DNA of 63,876 nt, filler included, from Octopus bimaculoides (Eukaryota), in assembly GCF_001194135.2 (NCBI RefSeq). It is 4 parts of 4 records of this genome, joined end to end, with 100 filler letters (N's around TTAATTAATTAA, not from the genome) between each part and the next. Parts side by side here need not be neighbours in the genome. Positions count along the whole stretch, not along the records: positions 49,022 to 63,876 come from NC_068999.1; 3 more parts are not named here. The stretch is one strand, 5' to 3'. The translations under genes were made by a program, and so were the position numbers. Under the pieces are notes generated by a model. It was not told the origin of the DNA. It ran no database searches and was given only the letters and a program-made list of their open reading frames with translations. Of this stretch, positions 51,679 through 63,876 are shown one piece after another. The number at the start of each line of letters is the position of its first letter. The stretch's first letter is position 1.

Positions 51679-51833
51679 AGCTGCTTATAGTGTGGGTGAT
51701 ATCTTCAGTGTGAACTCCACAAAGACTGCATCGGTTGTCACATTTTGCTGCTTTTCCTGCATTTCTTTCCCTTTTCCGCATTAGGCATTTGGTTATAACC
51801 TGTTCCTGGATTGCAAATGCATACTCTTCAAAG
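51678..51833 (-). mobile_element. RLE non-LTR fragment (CCHC finger region)
   Basis: Minus strand: EEYAFAIQEQVITKCL..KCDNRCSLCGVHTEDITHTISS. Confidence 0.8.
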
Positions 51834-52419
51834 TATATGTTTGTATGTATGTATGTATGTATGTATATGCATCGCTACAGGACAGAAAAGTCAACGAATA
51901 ATAACAACTTTTTTCTAAATATTTCCCGAGGAAGTGCCATTATCCCGAGTTATTGAAATACCACCTAAAACTACCAACCGGTTTCAACTTTTATTTTCAA
52001 AGGCAAAGCCCCAGCATGGTCACAGTTCAATGAAATGTAAAGGATAATTTCTATCTAGAGGTACCTCCTCAGAGCGTTTAACTTTGTGGTTTTCGATTGA
52101 ATATTTTTAGGGACTTACTGATGGAATAACAGTTAATATACCAGCATTAGGGGATTAACCTTAATAAGGTTCGTCCCCGCTTTCCATCAAAGAAGAAAAT
52201 ACAATGCTACGTAAGTATGGAAGACTTTAAAATAGATTCCAGCAAAAAGAGATTGTTTTTGTAGTGTTTGTCATTGTTTTTGTAGTGTTTGTCATTGTTT
52301 TTGCAAAACGGAGTCAAAATAGAAACGGCTTAAAGGCGAACCTGTCAGAGAACTTTTGGTGTCATGATTAGAAATGGTGGAGCGTTCAGCTAAAGAAGGA
52401 ATAGGTGATGAGAGGGAGT

Positions 52420-52860
52420 GGAGGAGGGGAAGAAGGGGGAGAGGTAGAAGAAGAAAAAAGAAGGGAGAGAAGAAGAAAGAAAAAAGGAGTAAAAGTAGAA
52501 GACGACGGAGAAGATGAAGGAGACAAAAATGGTCGAAATAGAAGGAGGAGGAGGAGAAGGATAAGAAATGAAAGAAATTAATAAAAATGGAAGAAAGGAA
52601 GGAAGAGCAGGAGGAGGAGGAGGGGAGAAGAAGAAGATGGTGAAGAATAATAATAATAATAATAATAATAAGAAGAAGAATGAAGAAGAAGAAGAAGCAG
52701 AAGAAGAAGAAGAAGAAGAAGAAGAAGAAGAAGAAGAAGAGAAAAGAGGTGAAGAAAAAAGAGAAGACAAAGTAGAAGCAGAAGTGCGAGGTAAGGGAGG
52801 AGAAAAGGAGGGAGTAGATGAAGTAAAGGAAGTGGAAAAAGAACGAGGAGGAAGAGGCGG
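52420..52860. repeat. Purine-rich low complexity with (GAA)n and (TAA)n
   Basis: Directly visible. Confidence 0.9.
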
Positions 52861-53072
52861 AGTATGAGGGGGAAATTTTGTGGTTCAAATTCCACGAAAA
52901 GTAGAATTTGTGACATGTCGGTAAGGTATTTCGTCATTCGTTTAGTGAACAAAATAACAAGAACATCAATATTAACACCAACATCACTATTAAAAACAAC
53001 ATCCACATCAATAACAGCAACAACAACCACATCAATATTGACATCAACGTCATCAATATTAAGAATAACAAT

Positions 53073-53300
53073 GAAGGTGGTAAGATGGTAGATTTGCTGA
53101 GACGCCGGGCGGAGTACTTGGCGGCATTTCGTCTGTCTTCCTGCTCCTCTGAGTTCAAATTCCACCCAGGTCGACTTTGCCTTTCGTCCTTTCGGGGTCG
53201 ATAAAATAATAGGTACCAGTTACGCACTGGGGTCGATGCAATCGACTTTAACCCCGCCCCGAAATTTTCTGGCCTTGTACCAAAATTTGAGACCAATATT
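53073..53300 (+). mobile_element. SINE family B, full length
   Basis: TCTGAGTTCAAATTCC..GGTCGACTTTGCCTTTC.TCCTTTCGGGGTCGATAAAAT..GTACCAGTTACGCACTGGGGTCGAT..GGCCTTGTACCAAAATTTGA. Confidence 0.9.
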
Positions 53301-53883
53301 AAGAACAACATTGATAACGATAACAATATCAGCAACAACAACAACAACAACAACAACAATAACAACAACAACAACAACAATGACACCATCAATATTAATA
53401 TCAGTATCAATAACCTTAACATCATTAGCAACAACAACATCAACAAGTACATAGCTGTGCTATAATCAATAAAACACATAATGATATTAAATGGAATTAA
53501 TGTTCTGCGGATGACAGACGACTGACGCTGCCACACATATAGGATATTGGCCTCTCGTAAGTACTTCCCCGCTATGACAACTCTATGCAACACTTCACAT
53601 AAACGAGACACGCAGTAAGTCCACATTGAATTAATACAGCGAATTAATTACAATACACATCATTCTCTTTTGTGGTTCCTGTGTAAGAGGTGGAGGAGTG
53701 GTCTCGTCAGTAGAAACCCGAGTGATTTTACTGTAAGCTCAATGCGATGCCGAAAGCATCGGGCAACCGACCTCTCGGTGGATTCAGGGCTGTGATGTAT
53801 AAATGCAACAGCGTGAAACAGGGACCCCCTCTCCGCCCTGTAGGAAGCTTGCTTACCTCTTCTTTCTTAAAATGTCCTCGGTT

Positions 53884-53925
<42 letters not shown>

Positions 53926-53927
53926 AT

Positions 53928-54162
53928 AAGGTGTTGGGCTGGCAGAATCGTTAACACGTCGGACAAAAATGCATGGTGGCAGTTTTTGTCCAGTTTTACG
54001 TTCTGAGTTCAAATTTCGCATCAGTCGACTTTACTTTCATTTTCTCGGTATCGATAAAATAAATACCAGTTGAGCAATGGTAGGCAGGGCGGAGGGAGGT
54101 CGACGTAATGAACTTTCTCCTCCACTAAATTTGCTGTCTTGTGCCGTAATTTGAAAGAGATA
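53928..54162 (+). mobile_element. SINE family B
   Basis: GCTGGCAGAATCGTTAACACGTCGGACAAAAATG..TACGTTCTGAGTTCAAAT..AGTCGACTTT. Confidence 0.85.
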
Positions 54163-54272
54163 CTACTACTACTACTACTACTACGACGACGACGATGAGG
54201 ACGACGACAACGACGACGAAGACTACTACTACTACTACTATTGAATCCCCCAAAGAATTCCTNNNNNNNNNN

Positions 54273-54323
<51 letters not shown>

Positions 54324-54559
54324 CATATACATACATACATATATTTATATATATTTGTATATACATATATACACGTATTTTCAGCCACAAAGGGACATGC
54401 TCAACTGTCTAAGGTCAAACAACTGACCAGCAAATCTGTGGTACTGTGGTACTATTTGCTGTAGCGCATCTTGTACACCAGGACAAAATGTGTACATGAT
54501 AACACTTCCAGTTAATTAAGACCAGAAGCCATAAGAACCACTGCCTGGTACGCACTGGG

Positions 54560-54738
54560 CAAAAATGCTTAACGGTATTTCGTCCGTGTGCACGTTTCTG
54601 AGTTCAAATTCTGCCGAGGTTGACTTTGTCTATTGTCCTTTCGGGGTCGATAGAATTTGTTCCAGTCGAATATTGGGGTCGATATGATCGACTAGCTCCT
54701 TTCCCTGAACCTACTGGCCTTGTGCCAAAATTTTAAAC

Positions 54739-54740
<2 letters not shown>
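54560..54740 (+). mobile_element. SINE family B ending in (TTA)n
   Basis: AAATGCTTAACGGTATTTCGTCC..TCTGAGTTCAAATTCTGCCGAGGTTGACTTTG..GGCCTTGTGCCAAAATTT, then (TTA)n to about 54810. Confidence 0.88.
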
Positions 54741-54808
<68 letters not shown>

Positions 54809-56713
54809 GTTTGATGACTCAGAAAGTGGTATCTCTCACAATGGTGGAAAGAAAAGCGAAAGTTTATAACATTCCCGCTGTTTCTCATTGGTGTAAACGC
54901 TGTGAAATTTATTTTAAACGAGAAGCGGTATCGAAATGCGTTCGCTGAGCACGCTGGGAGATTTATTCATCCTTAGCAGCAAGTCTCACTCTTTCCAAAC
55001 GATATCACATCACCATTCTCCAACTAAGTAATTTGAACATGGTTCTGATATGTCTCTTTGTACTTTTTTTTTTGTTTTCCCTTTATATTTCTTGTTTGTG
55101 ATTTTATTTATATTTTTTTTCGTCCTTTGTTTTCGAAAACGAAACACGTTTTGTTTTACAGAATGTAAAAAAAAACCTAAATACTTATCTCTATTGAAAT
55201 CGTTTTGAATTCGTCTCATGTGGAATATAATTATTGCTTATTGCTTGTCAAGAGCTTTCCACTTAAATTGTACCCCGTGGTCATGAAACAGCAATACAAA
55301 GTATCATAAAATATTTGTAATATTAATGGTGGTTAAAGTTTCAGAAAACGAAAAATACAACAGAAGCCGATGGAAACAGGAAGTTATAAACGGGAACCAG
55401 AGCAGAGAAATATAAAAATATAATAAAGAGTCAAGTGGCGTTGTTTGTAGTTAAATAGCTAGGTGTATATCACAGTGTTTATACATCTATTTAATATACA
55501 TGTGAGTCTGTTTGGTTTGTAAATATGTTTGTGAGCATTTTGAGCATAAATGCTTGGTAAGGCTGCGTTTAATATATATACATATCTGTGTGTGTGTGTC
55601 TGTGAATATGTAAGTATAAATATATGCATATATATATATATGTGTGTGTATGTATATAGATATACATATATGTGTGTATATATATGTATATGTATATGTA
55701 TATATAGATTTATGTATATGTTTGTATACATATTTATGTATATATCAATGTATATCTATTTATGTATATATATACGTATATGTTTATAAACATGTATATG
55801 CGTATAGAATTATGTAACCATATGTATATATATATTTATATATGTATATATTATCTACTAGTGTCTATATGTGTTTGTGAAGGCTGTGTATGTGTGTGTG
55901 TGTATCTATATGAATACATAAGTGTGCGTATAGTGAGCGGGCGTGTGCGTACGTATATGTAACAGATGAACAAGCGAGGTTGTGAGTATAGGTGAGTTAG
56001 TATGTGTGCGTGTGTATGTGACAGTGTGTGTAAAATGTGTGTTGTTTGGATTGCTTTTATGAAACAAATTTTGAAATAAGGAAGATATTGGTAGGATTAG
56101 AGACAAAATGAGAGACGCGTATGTGCAAGTTTGTATATGTGTGTATATGTGTATATGTGGGTGTATGTGTGTGTGTGTGTGTCAGGGAAATTTATATCCA
56201 GACTAAATGTCTGTAGAAACAATTAAATTAGAAAAGAAAAATGATCATACTAAACAGGTATGTATGCGTGTATATATATATATATATATATATATANNNN
56301 NNNNNNNNNNNNNNNNNNNNNNNNNNNNNNNNNNNNNNNNNNNNNNNNNNNNNNNNNNNNNNNNNNNNNNNNNNNNNNNNNNNNNNNNNNNNNNNNNNNN
56401 NNNNNNNNNNNNNNNNNNNNNNNNNNNNNNNNNNNNNNNNNNNNNNNNNNNNNNNNNNNNNNNNNNNNNNNNNNNNNNNNNNNNNNNNNNNNNNNNNNNN
56501 NNNNNNNNNNNNNNNNNNNNNNNNNNNNNNNNNNNNNNNNNNNNNNNNNNNNNNNNNNNNNNNNNNNNNNNNNNNNNNNNNNNNNNNNNNNNNNNNNNNN
56601 NNNNNNNNNNNNNNNNNNNNNNNNNNNNNNNNNNNNNNNNNNNNNNNNNNNNNNNNNNNNNNNATACGCATATGCATATATATATATATATGTATGCATA
56701 TATATATACATAT

Positions 56714-56745
<32 letters not shown>

Positions 56746-56782
56746 TTGTATATACATATATACATATATACATATATATATG

Positions 56783-57106
56783 CACAAATATATATTTATT
56801 TATATTAATATCTATATATTTGTTTATGTATATATATATGTATATTTGTAAGGATATACATGTATATAAATATTTAGATATATATGCATATGTTGTATAT
56901 ATACATACATACATACATACATATATATATATGTAGATATATATATTTATGTATATATATATATATATATATTTCTACATATATATATATATGTATGTAT
57001 ATATACAACATATGCATATATATCTAAATATTTATATACATGTATATCCTTACAAATATACATAAACAAATATATAGATGTTAATATAAATAAATATATA
57101 TTTGTG
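56783..57106. repeat. Long inverted duplication of AT-rich sequence (arms about 155 and 133 bp)
   Basis: 56783-56937 versus the reverse complement of 56974-57106, including non-microsatellite words (TTTGTAAGGATATACATG, TTTAGATATATATGCATATGTTG). Confidence 0.85.
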
Positions 57107-57489
57107 TATATATAGGCGCTCACCACCCACACATACATACAGCATACCCAAAACACACACACATACACTCTCTCTCACACACGCGTGCGCGCGCGCGTGC
57201 ATGTAAATAAATAAATAAATAGAAGAGCGATAGAGATAATTGAAGAAATTGTGTGAATCTCCTATTCTTTCATTGTATCTCTTCATGAACAAATTACTAC
57301 GTAAAAAGACATATGAACAGCTATTAAAAATCTCTTAAATTTACTGTTCCATCTATTGTCAAACGAAGAATGAAAACGAGCAGAAGCGACTTCAATGTTT
57401 TCTTGTAATCGTGGAATCTGCTGTCATTGACCACGGATGAGTGTTCCGTAAAGTCTTGCAGAGCAAATTGGACAAAGGATTTGTTTATA

Positions 57490-57653
57490 GGCGCAGGCAT
57501 AGTTGTGTGGTAAGAAGCCTGCTTCCAAACCACTTGGTTCCGGGTTCAGTCCCGCCACGTGGCACATTCGGCAAGTGTCTTTTTCTAAAGCCTCGGACCG
57601 ACCAAAGCCTTGTGAGTGGATTTGGTCGTCGGAAACTGAACAAAGCCCGTCGG

Positions 57654-57655
<2 letters not shown>
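57490..57655 (+). mobile_element. SINE family A, 5' half
   Basis: GGCGCAGG..TGTGGTAAGAAG..GGTTCCGGGTTCAGTCCC..CCGACCAAAGCCTTGTGAGTGGATTTGGT. Confidence 0.9.
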
Positions 57656-57729
<74 letters not shown>

Positions 57730-57793
57730 GTCTGTCTATCTATCTATCTGTAGGTATGTGTATATGTCAATGTAAATATATTATTTATAACCG

Positions 57794-57870
57794 TTTGATC
57801 CGGCTCCATGCAACTTAAAGTTTCGTGGCATCGTCAATCGAAACTTAAACTTGCGCGGAGCCGAATTAAA
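57794..57870. repeat. 32-bp imperfect hairpin with 13-nt loop (pre-miRNA-like or palindromic MITE)
   Basis: TTTGATCCGGCTCCATGCAACTTAAAGTTTCG pairs with CGAAACTTAAACTTGCGCGGAGCCGAATTAAA. Confidence 0.85.
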
Positions 57871-58093
57871 CAGTTATTGAATAAATAATATTTGTAACTC
57901 CTACCAAACATATTGAGTGCTACTTCTCTTCGTTCGTCCACTGTCTCCACTTGCGTGCACGCGTATACACACGTATAAGTCATACCGTTTCATAAACAAG
58001 TTTGTGTTTATGATAGATTGTATGTTTATCAAAAAAGGAATATTACATTTAATTTCACACACACACACATACACAGAGACACACGCACTCATA

Positions 58094-58201
<108 letters not shown>

Positions 58202-58213
58202 TTTAATCTTTAC

Positions 58214-58326
58214 CTAAGGATCGCCAATATATCTATCTTTGTTCTGGTCGTTCTATATCTTATTTCATGTAATTTCCGCTCAGCCAAAGTAGATAACTCT
58301 GAATGGTTCGGCTTCTTAGCCGTCGT
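58214..58326 (-). CDS. Candidate isolated exon
   Basis: Acceptor TTTATTCCGCAG, donor TAG|GTAAAG, 113 nt open: TTAKKPNHSELSTLAERKLHEIRYRTTRTKIDILAIL; no homology recognised. Confidence 0.2.
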
Positions 58327-58721
58327 CTGCGGAATAAACTATATATCACTGTCATTTGACTTTAACTTTATTATTAATTACATAAAATAGCTAATCCGCT
58401 CAAACCCAATTAAATATAAATTTTCATTCTTGACTTAGATAATGGCATCTGCACTACCATTAATATACTGCACGGACACGCATATGCATATTGATACTCA
58501 TACACTTATACACATATACGCATAATTTCAACATTTACGACGATACGGAAGACAAGGTGAAAACGAGATCTAATTATTAGTTCGATGCATGTTGAGAGAT
58601 TATAAAATAGAGGTACGTTTGATGTTTCGAGCTTCAGCTCTTTCTCAAAAGTTATTAAAGTGCAGAGGAAAGAAGGAAGGAAAAAAGGAATAACGCGGAA
58701 ATAAATATTGGCCTTTGTCAG

Positions 58722-58789
<68 letters not shown>

Positions 58790-58872
58790 GCCTGTATATA
58801 TGTGTATGTGCGTATGTATTTCCATATATGTATACATATACACATATATACTTATATATACATATGTATGTG

Positions 58873-58921
<49 letters not shown>

Positions 58922-59152
58922 NNNNNNNNNNNNNNNNNNNNNNNNNNNNNNNNNNNNNNNNNNNNNNNNNNNNNNNNNNNNNNNNNNNNNNNNNNNNNNN
59001 TATATATATATATATATATATATATATGCATAGATAATATAGACACACATACGTATCTTATTTTATTGCATATTGCAGCTGAATAACTTCTCAAAGTGTT
59101 ACAAACTGTGCTTATAAATCCACAGTTTACAAGCATTTATAAATGTTCAATT

Positions 59153-59190
59153 CCGGCTGATGATCGGTTTTGTGAAACTCTGAGTTACAG
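59153..59190 (+). ncRNA. Degenerate hammerhead, same family as 8588-8625
   Basis: CTGATGA-TCGGTTTTGT-GAAA-CTCTGAG-TT-ACAG; stems I and II are eroded. Confidence 0.45.
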
Positions 59191-59814
59191 TTTGTAAAGT
59201 ATTTCAACCTTAATAAAACACTATATTTTAATCTACTTTTGCTAATNNNNNNNNNNNNNNNNNNNNNNNNNNNNNNNNNNNNNNNNNNNNNNNNNNNNNN
59301 NNNNNNNNNNNNNNNNNNNNNNNNNNNNNNNNNNNNNNNNNNNNNNNNNNNNNNNNNNNNNNNNACATACTTCAGAGAGCGACAGAAACGCACCCTACAT
59401 TTTACACGGCCATTGGTATGGCGGGAATAAAGTTAAGCTGTTAGTAATCCTCATCTTGTATAGCTAATGGTACACAGTTTTTTTTTCTATTTTATAAAAT
59501 TTCAGTTATGGTTTTGAACAGTGCACAATCTGTGTTTGCTGTTGAAACTTTTGTCAACCTGTAAAATGTGGAAGTTTTTTTTTGGGGGGGGGGGAGGTCG
59601 CACACTGTATAGTTTATTAGAACTAAAATGACATTAAAATGTCTCCCACTGTCACTCATTCATACATTCACACTCTACTGTCCGCTGACATCTTCCTACT
59701 TCAACACAATGGCATGAGCGTGATAGCAAACAAACACACATGGTAACTATTACATATGAATGTTGCTAGAGAGAAAAATATTGAGCATTGGTCGCCTTAC
59801 ATAAGCTTATTATA

Positions 59815-60218
59815 TGAGCTCTGTTCAGAAAGTATCCGACTTTATTTTTTCTCGCCAACATTAATGCTGCGTGTGCAAAATCCCTTGGGTGGGAAGTGAT
59901 GCTATTTTCGCACCGGTTGGTTGCGTCAGTTCCCGGACATGAACAGCACATCACTTGTTCGATAAGCTCTCTTCTTTGCCGACCTGGCACCGTGTGGCTT
60001 CTGGCTCTTTCCCAAACTGAAAACCACGCTGAATGGGAAGCGATTTGAGTCGTAAGAGGAAAACATGTGAAAAGCGATGGTGGAGCTCCATAGCATTCCT
60101 GAAAAGTGTGTGAACTCCCAAGGGGAGTATTTTCAAGGTAATCAAATAAAATTTGTGAAATGCATAAAATGGTTTTTGCTTTACGCCTGAAGGTCGGATA
60201 CGTTTTCAACGCACCTCG
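59815..60218 (+). mobile_element. Internally deleted mariner element, about 400 bp, with both TIRs
   Basis: TIRs TGAGCTCTGTTCAGAAAGTATCCGACTTT / AAGGTCGGATACGTTTTCAACGCACCTCG flanked by TA; DLAPCGFWLFPKLK..GKRF and KCVNSQGEYFQG match the mariner transposase C-terminus. Confidence 0.9.
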
Positions 60219-60579
60219 TATAACCAGATACATTCTCTGTGTGTTGGGATTTACATTATATTTGACCATCTATGACTAATATTGTAGTTTCTTTTCTTTG
60301 TGAGGGATAGGGTAATTATATTTAAGATAGTTGCGTTACCAAGAAATGGTCTTTTCTATAATTTTGTTTTGTAGCATTATGTATACGAAATAGCGGTTTG
60401 TTGCAAATGCACGAGCAGCTGCTGATAGAGTTTCGCAAATTTATTATCGAGATGACAGCTTGAGTCACGAAATTTAAAATTTTCAGGAACTTTAATATAT
60501 GATGTGTGTGTGTGTGTGAATGCGTGTGCGCCTGTGTGCATATATATATATCTGTGTGTATGTGTGTGTGTACGTATGC

Positions 60580-60618
<39 letters not shown>

Positions 60619-60752
60619 NNNNNNNNNNNNNNNNNNNNNNNNNNNNNNNNNNNNNNNNNNNNNNNNNNNNNNNNNNNNNNNNNNNNNNNNNNNNNNNNNN
60701 NNNNNNNNNNNNNNNNNNNNNNNNNNNNNNNNNNNNNNNNNNNNNNNNNNNN

Positions 60753-60809
<57 letters not shown>

Positions 60810-61009
60810 TAAATATATATACGTGCATGTATGTATGGCTGCATGTATGTATGTATACATGTATGTATGTATGTATGTATGTATGTATGCTTGCTTGCTT
60901 GTATACGAAAATCATTCGAAGTTTGTTCAGTTGCTGGAAGGCAATTTATGGTTTATTTATATCACAAGGTTTTCAATTTTTGTCTTTTTCAAATATAACA
61001 TCAATGCTA

Positions 61010-61051
<42 letters not shown>

Positions 61052-61634
61052 ACACACACTCACACACGCACGCACACTCACACAGACACATACACACACA
61101 CAAGATTAATGTCTGTTTATAATGAGTGAAAGTGCGAACGAACGTTATATTAATCTGGTTGCCGTATCCTTTCTATAACGTGCTTATAAATATGTTTTCT
61201 TTATCGAAACCTGAGTTACTTTCTACATGTATATTATCAAATACAGCTTATTCTTTGTTTACGTTGTTGTTTTTTACCGAGTCTTATATCTATTGTATCT
61301 TTTTAAATGAAATTTCTGTGTTGTTGCGTAGTTTCATCTACTAAATTATTTGAATTACCTGTTTGTTATATTTAATTACTTTTGAAAATACTTCCTTGGT
61401 AAAGGAGAAAACCGAAATTGTTTTCTTCAAGTTATATACTAGAGACAGTTCTATAAGCTCTATTGTTATTCATTGCCTCTAATCATGTATATGCATTTAT
61501 TAGTATTTATAAGGTAAATTCATGTAACATTCAGAGGTTCGTTATTTCTTCAAAAACCGCTACATTTATAATCATTACAATGAAAGCAGATGAGTTTAGG
61601 TTGGATATTATAAGGAGAGAAAAGAATTTAACCA

Positions 61635-61986
61635 AGCGCAGGAGTGGCTGTGTGGTAAGTAGCTTGCTTACCAACCACATGGTTCCAGCGGGTTCAGTCC
61701 CACTGCGTGGCACCTTGGGCAAGTGTCTTCTACTATAGCTTTGGGCCGACTAAAGCCTTGTGGGTGGATTTGGTAGACGGAAGCTGAAAGAAGCCCGTCG
61801 TATATATATATATATATATGTTTGTCCCCCCCCCCATCGCTTGACAACCGATGCTGGTGTGTTTACGTCCCCGTAACTTAGTGGTTCGGCAAAAAGAGAC
61901 CGATAAAATAAGTACTAGGCTTACAAAGAATAAGTCCTGGGGGGCGATTTGCTCGATAAAAGGCGGTGCTCCAGCATGGCCGCAGT
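61635..61986 (+). mobile_element. SINE family A, near full length
   Basis: Complete head, internal (TA)n and tail up to CCAGCATGGCCGCAG. Confidence 0.95.
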
Positions 61987-62079
61987 AAAAACCAGACCAT
62001 GTTGTAACTTTATTCAGCGGATATATTATTCTATACGCATTTACAAAATGCGGAAAAAACAAATATATATATATTCATA

Positions 62080-62489
62080 GGCGCAGGAGTGGCTGTGTGG
62101 TAAGTAACTTGCTTAATAACCACATGGTCCTGGCATCATTTCCACTGCGTGGCATCTTGGGCAAGTGTCTTCAACTATAGCCACGGGCCGACCAAAGCCT
62201 TGTGAGTGGATTTGGTAGACGGAAACCGAGAGAAGCCCGTCGTATATATGTATATATATATATATATGTGTATATGTATGTGTGTGTCTGTGTTTGTCCC
62301 ACCAACATCGCTTGACAACCGATGGTGGTGTGTTTACGTCCCCGTAACTTAGCGATTGGGCAAAATAGACCGATAGCATAAATACTAGGCTTACAAAGAA
62401 TAAGTCCCGGGGTCGATTTGCTCGACTAAAGGCGGTGCTCCAGCATGGCCGCAGTCAAATGACTGAAACAAGTAAAAGAGAGCAAAAGA
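62080..62489 (+). mobile_element. SINE family A, full length
   Basis: Complete head through GACTGAAACAAGTAAAAGAG. Confidence 0.95.
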
Positions 62490-62689
62490 CATTAATATAT
62501 GCTTGCTGGTGTAATCGTTGTTTTAATAAACGTTGCATTCAAAAGTTTTCCAGTAGAAACTTAACTTCCCGAGGGCAGGGATATGATGCACGAGAAGCAT
62601 CTCCAAATTTCTGAAAGCTGAACCCCTGAACGCTCAGCGATCGTCAGCGTTGTCGCCGCCATCTTCGTCGTCGTTGTTGTTTATTTTTC

Positions 62690-62985
62690 AGGTGAGATTT
62701 TATAAAGCAAGTCATACGATCAAAGATGATTTAACCAGCATCATGCAGTCTCGCCATACACTCTCAGTCTGTTCCAGTAGATGTATCCCTTCACCTCGTC
62801 AATTTCCCCTCACCTCCTAGTATTACTAGAGCTTCGCTACGTTTTTTTTTTGAGGTTGTTCGTATTTTGTCTTCATGCTGTTTATTCTGATGCTTCGTGG
62901 CTGAGTGCTGCGTGTCCACCTCCGTCAGAATTCTTTTTAGCTGAACTAGCATTTCTCTGATGTGTATACACAGATTCTCTTTCAC
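62690..62985 (-). mobile_element. Possible RTE-like RT fragment
   Basis: MLVQLKRI..VILGGE / EIDEVKGYIYW across a frameshift resembles the post-YADD region IxLxGxxIExVxxYVYLG. Confidence 0.35.
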
Positions 62986-63629
62986 ATACGCTCAAATTCT
63001 ACACACACACACACGCGCACACACACACACACACACACATACACACACACACACACACACACGGACACATGCACACACGTATATATGAATAGTTAGATAT
63101 GTGTGTGTGTGTATACATATATGTACANNNNNNNNNNNNNNNNNNNNNNNNNNNNNNNNNNNNNNNNNNNNNNNNNNNNNNNNNNNNNNNNNNNNNNNNN
63201 NNNNNNNNNNNNNNNNNNNNNNNNNNNNNNNNNNNNNATATATATATATATATATATATACATACGGCATATATATATGTGTGTATCTACATCTATATAT
63301 ATATATATATATGTTGTGTATGTGTGTGGGGGGATAAGTAAATTCACAATGTTTGAGACTTAAGTGTGCGCGTGTACATGGGCATCTGAAGGTGTTGTGT
63401 GTGTGTGTGGATGTATGTGTGTGTGTGGATGTGTGTGTGTGTGTGTGTGTGCATGCGTATTTGAGTGCTTGTGTGTGTGCATGTGTGTGTCCGTGTTTGT
63501 GTGTTTCTATGTGCTTGCCTGTGTATGTCAGTGCGTATGTAGACCGAAAATACATCTTTTGACGATCGACGATCACGCAGAGATTTGTAAATAACGTAAG
63601 GACAAGAAGAGTAAGAGCGGTAGCAGTAT

Positions 63630-63758
63630 CAACACCATCACCATCATCATCACCATCATCATCACCATCATCATCACCATCATCATCATCATTATCATCA
63701 TCATCACCACCATCATCATCATCATCATCATCACCACCACCACCACCACCACCATCAC

Positions 63759-63805
<47 letters not shown>

Positions 63806-63837
63806 CCACCATCATCATGATCATCATCATCACCACC

Positions 63838-63871
<34 letters not shown>

Positions 63872-63876
63872 TCATC
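63630..63876. repeat. (CAT)n/(CAC)n microsatellite
   Basis: Directly visible. Confidence 0.95.

Noticed and set aside
58610-58660. Minus-strand GAGC-TGAA-GCTC-GAAAC hammerhead-like piece
   Set aside because: The CUGANGA box and stems I/III are too degraded to support a call
63573-63875. Met-rich ORF as a reflectin-like protein
   Set aside because: Pure (ATG)/(GTG)n; lacks reflectin (M/F)D-X5 motifs and Tyr/Arg/Pro content

Overview
AT-rich, microsatellite-saturated, gapped metazoan genomic DNA. It is almost certainly octopus/coleoid cephalopod; this is inferred from two very abundant tRNA-derived SINE families that I recall as the Octopus OK- and OR-type SINEs, and those names need checking. 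I could not recognise a host protein-coding gene. Nearly all ORFs in the track are translations of (CA)n, (TA)n, (TATC)n, (TAG)n, (TAA)n or (CAT)n repeats and N-runs. The real coding signal is degenerate transposable-element debris: Penelope-like RT, several RLE-type non-LTR elements (R4/Dong-like, HERO-like), CR1/L2-like APE LINE pieces, RTE pieces, mariner transposase remnants and Tigger-type MITEs. The most interesting unexplained signal is a set of minimal type I hammerhead-ribozyme motifs with palindromic stem III, belonging to several distinct sequence families. One (2194-2291) has a fully intact core and well-formed stems, and another sits inside a perfect 58-bp inverted repeat. Other notable items are RLE LINEs sitting in specific microsatellites ((TAA)n versus (CATA)n), a pre-miRNA-like/MITE hairpin, a TSD-flanked 136-bp orphan insert and a few plausible isolated exons. 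Three 100-bp N44-TTAATTAATTAA-N44 spacers are artificial joins, so the window is four separately assembled blocks. TE boundaries are read by eye and are approximate to about 10-20 bp.
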